From NCBI GenBank assembly GCA_030390025.1, contig CM059440.1, positions 52,142,001-52,206,000 on the forward strand: a stretch of DNA of 64,000 nt, read 5' to 3'. Below are positions 50,309-61,959 of the stretch, one piece after another (position 1 is the first letter of the stretch; every line of letters begins with the position of its first letter). The notes below the pieces were generated by a model. That model was given only the letters and a program-made list of their open reading frames with translations. It searched no databases and was not told the origin of the DNA. The stretch comes from Squalus acanthias. Lineage: Eukaryota. The position numbers and the translations under genes are program-made.

Positions 50309-51875
50309 AGAACATAAGAAATAGGAGCAGGAGTAGGCCATTTGGCCCTTCGAGCCTGCTCCGCCATTCAATAAGATCATGGCTGATCTTCTACCTCATC
50401 TCCATAGACCTCTGGGGTAGAGAATTCCAAAGATTCACTACCCTCAGAAGAAATTTCTCCTCATCTCAGTCCTAAATGGCCGACCCCTTATTCTGAGACT
50501 GTGATCCCTGGCTCCAGACTCCCCAGCCAGGGGAAACATCCTCCCTGCATCTACCCAGTCAAGCCCTGTATGAATTTTTTATGTTTCAATGAGATCACCT
50601 CTCATTCTTCTAAACTCTAGAGAATATAGGCCTAGTCTACTCAATCTCTCCTCATAGGATAATCCCCCCAGCCCAGGAATCAGTCTGGTGAACCTTTGTT
50701 GCACTTCCTCTATGGCAAGTATATCCTTCCTTAGGTAAGGAAACCAAAACTGTACACAATACTCCAGGTGTAGTCTCACCAGGGCCCTATATAATTGCAG
50801 TAAGACGTCTTTACTCTTATACTCAAATCCTCTTGTAATAAAGGCCAACATACCATTTGCTTTCCTAATTGCATGCTGTACCTGCATGTTAACTTTCAGT
50901 GATTTGTGTACAAGGACACCCAGGTCCCTCTGAACATCAACATTTCCCAATCTCTCGCTACTTAAAAAAACTCTGCTTTTCTGTTTTTCCTACCAAAGTG
51001 GCTAACTGCCACATTATATTCCATTTGCCATGTTCTTGCCCACTCACTTAAATCGGTCTATATCCCCTTGAAGCCTCCTTGCACCCTCCTCACAACATAC
51101 ATTCCCACCCAGCTTTGTATCATCAGCAAGCGTGGATATATTACATTTGGTCCCCTCATCCAAATCATTGATTTAGATTGTGAATAGCTGAGGCCCAAGC
51201 AGTGATCCTTGCAGTACCCCACTAGTTACAGCCTGCCAACCCGAAAAAGATCCGTTTATTTTCTACTGTTTTCTGTCAGTTAACCAATCCTCTATCCATG
51301 CTGCTATATTACTCCATGAGCCCTAATCTTGTAATAACCTTTTATGTGGCACCTTATCAAATGCCTTTTGGAAATCCAAATCTACTACATCCACTGGTTC
51401 CCCTTTATCTACCCTGCTGGTTACATCCTCAAAACTAATAAATTTGTCAAACACGATTTCCCTTTCATAAATCCACGTTGACTCTGTCTAATCATGTTAT
51501 GATTTTCTAAGTGCCCTGATACCACATCGTTAACAATGGATTCCAGTATTTTCCCGACGACTGATGTCAGGCTAACTGGCCTGCAGTTCTGTGTTTTTTC
51601 TCTCCCTCCTTTCTTGAATAGCGGTGTTACATTTGCAACCTTCCAATCTGCTGGGACCATTCTACAATCGAGGGAATTTTGGAAGATCAAAACCAATGCA
51701 TCCACTATCTCTTGAGCCACCTCTTTTAGAACCCTAGGATATAGGCCGTCAGGTCTGGAGGATTTGTCGGCTTTTAGTCCCATTAGTTTCTCTAGTACTT
51801 TTTCTCTACTATTTTAATTACGTTAAGTTCCTCACCCTCATTAGACCCTTGGTTCCCCACCATTTTTAGTATTCT
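50309..51875 (-). mobile_element. 5'-truncated, degraded CR1
   Basis: RT/C-terminal motifs and TTCTTATGTTCT tail. Confidence 0.9.
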
Positions 51876-51889
51876 TTTTGTGTCTTCTC

Positions 51890-52795
51890 CTCATCCTTCT
51901 TGACCTGTCTGCAGCCTTTGACACGGTTGACCACTCCATCCTTCAACGCCTCCACCATCGTCCAGCTGGGTGGGACTGCGCTCGCCTGCTTCCATTCGTG
52001 TCTATCTAATCGTAACCAGAGAATCACCGGCAACGGCTTCTCTTCCCGCTCCCGCATAGTTTGCTGGTGTCCCCCAAGGATCTTTCCTTGGCTGCCTCTT
52101 ATTTCTCATCTACATGTTGCCCTTGCTGACATCATGTGAAAACACAGCGTCAGTTTCCACATGTACGCTGACAACACCCAGCTCTACCTCACTACCTCTT
52201 CTCTTGACCCCTCCACGGTGTCTAAATTGTCAGACATACAATTCTGGATGAGCAAAAATTTTCTCCAATTAAATATTGGGAAGACCGAAGCCATTGTTTT
52301 TGGTCCCCGCCACAAACTCCGTTCCCTAGCCACTGACACCATCCCTCTCCCTAACATCTGTCTGAGGCCGAACCACACTGTTCACAACCTTGGTGTCATA
52401 TTTGACCCAGAAAAGAGCTCCCGACCACATATCCGCAGCATAACTAAGACCGCCTATTTCCACCTCCGTAACATCGCCCGTCTCCGCCCTTGCCTCAGCT
52501 CATCCGCTGCTGAAACCTTCATCCAGGCCTTTGTTACCTCTAGACTTGACTATTCCAATGCACTCCTGGCTGGCCTCCTACATTCCACTCTATGTAAATT
52601 TGGTCATCCAAAACTCAGCTGCCCGTGTCCTAACTCACACCAAGACCTGTTCGCCCATCACCCCTGTGCTCGCTGAACTACATTGGCTCCCAGTTAAGCA
52701 ACACCTCGATTTCAAAATGCTCATCCTTGTTTTCAAATCCCGCCATGGCCTCGACCCTTCCCATCTCTAATCTCCTTCAGCCCCACAACCCCCAC
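51890..52795 (+). mobile_element. L2-clade LINE RT fragment
   Basis: MYADNTQLY, NFLQLNIGKTE, SRLDYSNALL, IQNSAARVL, LHWLPV. Confidence 0.88.
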
Positions 52796-55700
52796 CTCGG
52801 TCCCTTCATCCAAGTCATTAATGTAGATTGTAAATAGTTGAGGTCCCAGCACCGATTCCTGCGGCACCCCACTAGTTACCGTTTGCCAACCGGAAAATGA
52901 CCCATTTATCCCGACTCTCTGCTTTCTGTTAGTTAGCCAATTCTCTGTCCTTGCTAATATATTACCCCCAACTCTGTGAGCTCTTATCTTATGCAGTACC
53001 CTTTTATGTGGCACCTTATCGAATGCCTTCTGGAAATCCAAAGACACCACATCCACTGGCTCACCCTTATCCACCCTGCTCGTTACATCCTCAAAGAACT
53101 CCAGCAAATTTGTTAAACATGATTTCCCTTTCATAAAACCATGCTGACTCTGCTTGACTGCATTATGATTTTCCAAATGCCCTGCTACTGCTTCCTTAAT
53201 GAAGGACTCCAGCATTTTCCCAATGACAGATGTTAGGCTAACTGGTCTATAGTTTCCTGCTTTCTGTCTCCCTCCTTTCTTAAATAGGGGTGTTACATTT
53301 GCGGTTTTCCAATCCGCTGGGACCTCTCCAGAATCCAGGGAATTTTGGTATATTGCAACCAATGCATCTCTGCAGCCACTTCTTTTAAGACCCTGGGATG
53401 CAGGCCATCTGGTCCAGGGAACTTGTTGTCTTTTAGTCCCATTATTTTACCAAGTACTTTTTCCTTAGTGATAATGATTGTCTTTAGTTCACCCCTCCCT
53501 GTGGCCACTTGATTATCCATTATTGGGATGTTGTTAGTGTCTTCTACTGTGAAGACAGATACAAAATATTTGTTCAGAGTCTCTGCCATTTCCCCGTTTC
53601 CCATTATTAATTCCCCAGTCTCATCCTCTAAGGGACCAACATTTACTTTAGCTACTCTCTTCCTTTTTATATGCCTGTAGAAGCTCTTACTATCTGTTTT
53701 AATATTTCTTGCCAGTTTACTCTCAATTCATCTTCTCTCTATTATTTTTTTAGTCATCCTTTGCTGGTTTTTTAAAAAATTGCCCAATCCTCTGGCCTCC
53801 CACCAATCTTGGCAACATTGTATGCCTTCGTTTTCAATTTGATACCATCCTTTACTTCCTTAGTTAGCCAGGGATGGTGCTCTCTTCTCAAAATCTCTCA
53901 CTGGAATATATTTTTGTTGAGAGTTATGAAATATCTCCTTAAATGTCCACCACTGCATTTCAACTGTCTTACCCTTTAATTTATTTTTCCAGTCCACTTT
54001 AGCCAGTTCTGCCCTCATGCCATTGTAATTGCCTTTGTTTAAGATCAGGACACTGGTTTGAGATACAACTTTCTCACCCTCCAACTGAATTTGAAATTCA
54101 ACCATGCTATGATCACTCTTTAACATAAGAACATAAGAAATAGGAGCAGGAGTAGGCCAATCGGCCCCTCGAGCCTGCTCCGCCATTCAATAAGATCATG
54201 GCTGATCTGATCCTAACCGCCAATCTACTATCTATCACAGAACCATCTCCTGCATCTAACAGAATTGCACACACAAAATAGGAGCAGAATCAGGCTACAC
54301 AGTCCCTGGGCCCGCTCCACTACCCACAGGGCCATGACCGATCCGAACCTAGACTCATGTCCAAATTCCTGCCCGCTCCCCGTAACCCTTAATGCCCTTT
54401 ACTTCTAGGAAACTGTCTATTTCTGTTTTAAATTTAATTAATGTTGTAGCTTCTACAGCTTTTTGTGGCAGCATATTCCATGGACCTACCACCCTCTGAG
54501 TGAAGTAGTTCCTCCTCATCTCAGTTTTGAAAGAGCAGCCCCTTATTCTAAGACTATGTCCCCTAGTTCTCGTCTCACCCGTCATCGGGAACATCCTCCC
54601 CGCATCCACCCGATCCAACCCCTTCACAATCTTATATGTTTCAATAAGATCGCCTCTCATTCTTCTGAACTCCAATGAGTAGAGTCCCAATCTACCCAAC
54701 CTCTCCTCATATGACCACCCCCTCATCCCCGGGATTAACCGAGTGAACCTTTTTTGCACTGCCTCGAGAGCAAGGATGTCTTTCCTTAAGTAAGGACACC
54801 AAAACTGTATGCAGTATTCCAGGTGCGGTCTCACCAATACCTTGTACAACTGAAGCAATACCTCCCTATTTTTATATTCTATCCCCCTAGCAATGAAAGC
54901 CAACATTCCATTTGCCTTCTTAATCACTTGCTGCACCTGCATACTAACCTTTTGAGTTTCGTGCACCAGGACCCCCAGATCCCTTTGCACTTCAGTACTC
55001 TCCAGTTTCTTGCCATTAAGATAATAAATTGCTCTAGGATTTTTCCTGCCAAAGTGCATCACCTCACACTTTCCAGTGTTGTATTCCATCTGCCAAATCT
55101 CTGCCCACTTACTTAGCCTGTCTATGTCCCCTTGCAGGTTTTTTATGTCCTCCTCACTCACTACTTTCCCTCCCATCTTTGTATCATCTGCAAATTTTGA
55201 TATGTTACACTTGGTCCCTTCCTCCAAATCGTTAATATAGATTGTGAAGAGTTGGGGACCCAGCACTGACCCCTGTGGAACACCACTAGTTACTGATTGC
55301 CAGTCTGAGAATGAACCATTTATCCCAACTCTTTGCTTTCTGTTAGATAGCCAATCCTCTATCCATGCCAGAATATTACCCCCAATCCCGTGATTTTTTA
55401 CCTTAAGCAATAATCTTTTGTGTGGCACCTTGTCAAATGCCTTTTGGAAGTCTAAATACACTACGTCCACTGGTTCCCCTTTATCCACTCTATATGTTAC
55501 TTCCTCAAAGAACTCCAGCAAATTTGTCAAACATGACTTCCCCTTCGTAAAACCATGCTGACTTTGTCCTATTAAATTATGATTATCCAAATGTCCTGTT
55601 ACTGTTTCCTTAATAATGGACTCCAAAATTTTACCTACCACAGATGTTAGGCTAACCGGTCTATAGTTACCAGCCTTCTGTCTACTGCCCTTTTTAAATA

Positions 55701-58700
55701 AGGGTGTTACATTAGCAGTTTTCCAGTCTGCCGGGACCTTAGCAGAATCCAGGGAGTTTTGAAAAATTATTACCAATGCATCTACAATCCCTACCGCCAC
55801 TTCCTTCAAGACTCTAGGATGTAAGCCATCAGGTCCAGGTGATTTATCCGCCTTGAGTCCCATTATTTTACCGAGTACCACTTCCTTAGTGATTTTGATC
55901 GTGTTTAGCTCCTCTCCCCCTATAGCCCCCTGTTTGTCCAGTGTTGGGATATTCTTAGTGTCTTCTACTGTAAAGACTGATACAAAATATTCATTCAGTG
56001 TTTTTGCCATCTCCATATTTCCCACCATTAATTTCCCGGTCTCATCCTCTAAGGGACCAACATTTACTTTAGCCACCCTTTTTCTTTTTATATAACTATA
56101 AAAACTCTTACTATCTGTTTTTATATTTTTTGCTAATTTACTTTCATAATCTATCTTCCCTTTCTTAATCAATCTTTTTGTTATTTTTTGCTGCCTTTTA
56201 AAGTTTTCCCAATCCTCCGTCCTCCCACTAGATTTCGCTACCTTATATGCCCTTGTTTTTAGTCGAATACTATCCTTAATTTCTTTACTTAGCCACGGAT
56301 GACTGTCCTTTCTTTTACACCCTTTTCTTTTCAGTGGAATATATTTTTTTTGGAAGTTGTAAAATAACTCCTTGAATGTACACCACTGATCATGTGTCGT
56401 CTTACCCTTTAATCTATTTTCCCAATCCACTCTACTCAATTCCGCTCGCATACCTTCATAGTCTCCTTTATTCAAGCTTAGCACGCTTGTTTGAGATCCA
56501 ACCTTCTCACCCTCTAATTGAATATGGAATTCAACCATGTTATGGTCACTCATTCCAAGGGGATCCTTTACTAGGACATTTTTAATTAATCCTGTCTCGT
56601 TACACAGGACCAGATCTAAGGTTGCTTGCCCCCTGGTCGGTTCAGTTACATACTGCTCAAGAAACCCATCCCTAATACACTCAATGAACTCATCCTCAAG
56701 GCAGCCCTGCCCCATTTGATTTGTCCAATTAATATGATAGTTAAAATCCCCCATAATTATAGATGTTCCCTTATTACATGCCTCAACTATTTCCTGATTG
56801 ATACTCCGTCCAACAGAGTTGCAACTGTTCGGAGGCCTATAGACTACGCCCACTAGTGTTTTTTTCCCCTTATTATTCCTTATCTCCACCCAAACTGTTT
56901 CATTATCATGATTTTTTGACCCAATATCATTACTCTGTATTACAGTGATTCCTTCCTTTATTAACATAGCCACCCCACCTCCCCTTCCTTCCTGCCTGTC
57001 CTTCCTGATCGTTAAATAACCTGGTATGTTTAATTCCCAGGCATTGTCACCCTGCAGCCATGTTTCTGTAATGGCCTTTCCTAGAGGATCCTTTACTATG
57101 AGATCATTTATTAATTCTGTCTCATTACACAGTACCAGATCCAAGATAGCCTGCTCCCTGGTTGGTTCCATTACATACTGTTCTAAGAAACCATCCCAGA
57201 TACACTCTATGAACTCCTCCTCAAGGCTACCATGGCCAATTTGATTTGTCCAATCAATATGGAGATTAAAATCACCCATGATTATTACCGTACCTTTTTT
57301 ACAGGCCTCCATTATTTGTTGATTTATACTCTGTCCAACAGTATTGCTACTGTTCGGGGGCCTGTAGACTACGCCCACCAGAGACTTTTTCCCCCTTATT
57401 TTTTTATCTCCACCCAAACCGATTCTACATCTTGATGTTCTGAGCCAATATCACTTCTCATCACTGCACTGATTTCATCCTTTACCAACAAAGCCACCCC
57501 ACCTCCCTTTCCTTTGTCTATCCTTCTGAATTGTCAAATACCCTGGAATATTCAGTTCCCAGCCCTGGTCACCTTGCAACCACGTCTCTGTAATGGCAAT
57601 CAGATCATACCCATTTGTATCTATTGCGCCGTCAACTCATCTATCTTGTTACGAATGCTGCGTGCATTCAGATATAGAGCTTTTAACTTTGTCTTTTTAC
57701 CATTTCTCATTGTTTTGGCCCCATTTTCTGTTGCACTCTTACTTTTAAACATTCTGTCCCTTCCTGTCATACTCTGGTTATTATTTCCCCCATCTCTATC
57801 CTGCTCTATTGTTTTCTCATTTCTCATTGACTTTTTTAATTCCCGCTCACCTGGACCCTCTCCCCCGCTATTTAGTTTAAAGCCCTTTTTACAGCCCTAG
57901 TTAATCGATTCGCCAGGACTCTAGCCCCAGCATGGTTCAAGTGAAGCCCGTCCAAATGGAACAGCTCCCTCTTATCCCAGTACTGGTGCCAGTGCCCCAC
58001 AAACCCGAAACCCATTTCTCCCACACCAGTCTTTGAGCCACTTGTTCATTTCTCTGATCTTATTTACCCTATGCAAATTCGCTCGTGGCTCAAGTAGTAA
58101 TCCAGAGATTACCACCTTTGTGGTTCTGCTTTTTAAATTTAGCCCCAGCTGCTCAAACTTTCACAGCAGAGCCTCTTTCTTTGTCCTACCTATGTCATTG
58201 GTACCTACGTGGACCATGACAATTGGATCTTCCCCCTCCCACTCCAAGTTCCTCTCCAGCCCAGAGGGGATGTCCTTAACCCTGGCACCGGGCAGGTAAC
58301 ACAGCCTTCGGGACTCACGCTCTCGGCTGCAGAGAACAGCATCTATTCCCGACTATAGTGTCCCCTATCACTACAACATTTCTTTTTACTCCCCCCACTT
58401 GAATGGCTCCCTGTACCACGGTGCTGTGGTCAGATTGCTCATCCTCCCTGCAGTCCCTGCCCTCGTCCACACAGGGAGCAAGAATCTCGTACCTGTTGGA
58501 CAAGGCAAAGGGCTGAGGCTCCTCCATCACTACCTCCTGGATCCCAAAACCTGCTTTGCTTGTAGTCACACCCTCCTGTCCCAGACCATGGGCCAAATTG
58601 GAAATAATTACTCTAGTGGGTGTGACTGCCTCCTGGAACTTAGTGTCCAGGTAACGCTCCCCCTCCCTAATGCGTCCGTGTCTGAAGCTCGGACTCCAGC

Positions 58701-58990
58701 TCATCAACTCTGAGCCGAAGTTCCTCGAGCAGCCAACATTTGCTGCAGATGTGGTCGCCATGGACCTCAATGGTATCCACCAGCTCCCACATGCAACAAC
58801 ACATTGCCTGGTCTCCCATCTCAATTAATTAATTATAAAATTTGGCACACATATCTTTTGATCTACACCAAGGCACTTAAATTTAGACACCCAAGTTTGG
58901 AAAAAAGAGAGAAATACTCGCCAACCAATTACTTACCTGCTTTCTGGTGACATCACACTGATTACTTTTTACTTCTTTACACTCACCGGT
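52796..58990 (-). mobile_element. Host CR1 (ORF1 at ~58824-57880; ORF2 split by a nested CR1 and cut off at the L2)
   Basis: ORF1 and ORF2 motifs; the host peptide DPLGK|SDHSMVEF is split across 57076 and 54121. Confidence 0.88.
54122..57075 (-). mobile_element. Young nested CR1 with uninterrupted ORF2 (slightly 5'-truncated)
   Basis: Open frame 57075-54355 with intact APE and RT (FADD) motifs; TSD CTTT at 54118-54121 and 57076-57079. Confidence 0.92.
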
Positions 58991-59574
58991 CCATTGTATC
59001 TCTCTCTCGCTCCCAGCCATTTAGTTCCCAACCTTGGCCACCTTGCAATCACATCTCTGTAATGGCTATTAGATCAAACCCATTTATCTCTATTTTGTGC
59101 CGCTAGTTTGTCTATCTTGCTACAAATTCTTCGTGCATTCAGATTAAGAGCCTTTAATTTACATTTTTTAACCATTATTCCTGCTTTGACCTTATTCTCT
59201 GCTGCACTGCTCTTTCCCTTCCTGTCACACTCTGCTTATTTTTACCCAAATCGCTACACTGCTCTATTGCCTTTTCATTTAGATTTCCCCTCACCTGACC
59301 GCTGTTTTAATTCAGATCCACTCTTTATCCTCTCGCCGCTGCTTTAATTCAGGTCAGCTCTCGGGCCGCTCTTTCAACAAACTGACCCACAGTCAACTTC
59401 TCACTAAAGTTTGTGCACAAGTTCGCAAAGTCTCGCTCTTTGCCTCCCACGCGACACACATGCGCCGCCACCGCATCCCGCATCTGATGGAGGCTTCCGT
59501 CAGCACCCGACACCGAGGGCAGTGACCGGGAACCGAACGCCAGGTGCCTCCGGCCCTGCCGGCCACCCCGCACC

Positions 59575-61959
59575 CAGACCTGAAACGTTAACTCTTGTTT
59601 CTCTCTCTCCACGGATGCTGCCTGACCTGTTGAGTATTTGCAGCATTTTCTGTTATTTCAGATTTGCAGCATCTGCAGTATTTTGCTATTACAAGTGAAA
59701 CTACTGTTATTGCTTTGGGCAATTGCTCAGTGGTGAAAAGACCACCTGAAACTGTGTAGATCGTTCATTCAAACGTGTGCAAGGAAAAAGTTACATTTAA
59801 AGACTTACCTTGAGCCAAACCGAATTCAACAGCCACCAAAACAGCCAGCAGACTTCTCACCATACTTTGCTCTCCTCGACAGCTGACGAGACAAGACCAG
59901 TGAAAATCATTTCTTTATCGTTTTCCACGGCTGCAAAAGACCCGCATCTTCTGGAAGCGGCAGCCGGGGCAGAGCTCGGTGACAGAACTCCCAACCTCAA
60001 GTGGGCGTCGCCTGCAGCCCGCTCTCTCTTTTTTGAGTCAAACATATTTATTTAAATATGGTAGTACTTGTTACAACTCAATTACATAATAAATCCATGA
60101 TATTCATTAGCCGCAATAAAACAAAGCCTTAAAAACAGCTTTAGGGTTAACAGTATAAATGCAGTGGTAAATTTTACAGATAAATCAATATTAACAGTAC
60201 AGGTACCCATAGTGAAAAACAATTTTACGCCAGTCCTATTGGCAATCTAGTGACTCCTCGTTTTTACTTGGTATTATCTAACCATGTAATATCATAGTCT
60301 TTATACACGGTCTTCAGCTTTTCCACGGAAAATGAACCACTTACTCAAAACCCGTGGAAGCTCCCTTTTATAGTCCCTACATCTTCCAAATTACCCCATA
60401 GAAATAAAGGAGGAAAAAAGAAAAAGAAGCCTGCGACCGCTCAGCTCGGTGCCGGGAGGCACATGCCTGACAAATTCGGTTTCCAGGTGCCTAGTGGGAC
60501 TGCGCGTGAGGTTTTTTTTAACCAGAAGAGGGTGCTATTTACGTTTTTTTAATTTAAAATTAAAAACATTTTATTGACAGTTAATGAAATTTACAGAGCT
60601 CACATGAGGAGAAATTAGGGCAGGTGACCAAAAGTTTGGTCAAAGAGGTAGTTATTAAAGAAAGAAAGACTTGCATTTCTATAGCGCCTTTCACAACCAC
60701 CAGACGTCCCAAAGCGCTTTACAGCCAATGAAGTACTTTTTGAAGTGGAGTCACTGTTGCAATGTGGGGAAAACAGCAGCCACTGCACACAGCAAGCTCG
60801 CACAAACAGCAATGTGAAAATGAACAGATAATCTGGGTTTTTTTTAAAGTGATGCCGGTCGAGGGATATATATTTGCCCAGGACACCAGGGAGAACTCCG
60901 CAACCTTCTTCGAAATATTGCCATGGGATCTTTTACATCCACAGGAGAAAGCAGACAGGACCTCAGTTTAACATCTCATACGAAAGACAGCACCTCCAAC
61001 AGTGCAGCACTCCCTCAGCACTGCACTGGAGCGTCAGCCTAGATTTATGTGCTCAAGTCCCTGGAATGGGTCTTGAACCCACAACCTTCTGACTCAGAGG
61101 CGAGTGTGCTGCCAACTGAGCCACAGCTGACACTCTCTTTAAGAAGTGTCTTAAAGGAGGAAAGAGAGGTAGAGAGGCAGGGAGGTTTTGGGAGGGAATT
61201 CCAGAGCTTCGGACCTAGGCAACAGAAGGCACGGCCACCAATGGTGGAGCGATTATAATCAGGGATGCTCAAGAGAGCAGAATTAGAGGAGCGCAGATAT
61301 CTCGGGGAGGGGGAGGGGGGGGGGGGGGGCGGCGGCGAGAGGAGATTACAGAGATAGGGAGGGGCGAGGCCCTGGAGGAATTTGAAAACAAGGATGAGAA
61401 TTTTGAAATTGAAACGTTGCTTAACCGGGAGCCAGTGTTGGTCAGTGATGTAGGAAGAGGGCGAAGAGGCAACACTTTGGGATGGAGAAATGTGAAGGAC
61501 GAAGCAATCAGGCGAGACGGCAGTTGGAGTCGGAGAGAGAGGGAGGAGTTGACGGTTAGTGTTGGGAGGAGGTGCCAGGAAGCAGCATCAGGGACCAGGT
61601 GGATTTTGGGGTTGGGGGAGAGGTGATAGGAGGTGCCAGTCAGGCAGCAGAAAAACAATTTAAAAAATACAACTTCCAGGGAGGGAGAGAGCAACTTCCG
61701 AACGGACCTGAGTGACTCAGTTCAGAGGACGACTTTTGGAGTGAGACACACGGCAAGATTGCACAACATAAGACATTTGTATCACGATCATCGTAAACCG
61801 TGCCTTTGGCGTTTGTTGGTTTTCTTGGATTTTGTATAACCCACTGGCCTTTGAAATGTAATATAGACGTATACCGATTGTTGATTCTCACTCAGTACTT
61901 GCAGTGGTTAATTCTTCAGGGAAGAAACTCTCAGCAATGCAGCGTGGAGGGTACATCAG
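59575..61959 (+). repeat. Segmental duplicate of the gene A 5' region (22440-25400)
   Basis: Colinear high identity including the PLE remnant, leader exon, SINE, L2 fragment and unique flank. Confidence 0.92.
59809..59863 (-). pseudogene. Gene C leader exon (intact copy of gene A exon 1)
   Basis: MVRSLLAVLVAVEFGLAQ followed by G|GTAAGT, phase 1. Confidence 0.8.

Noticed and set aside
54355-57417. 1020-aa ORF as a novel host gene
   Set aside because: It is a fusion of two CR1 ORF2s with a TSD and LINE tail, so it is reported as a nested mobile element.
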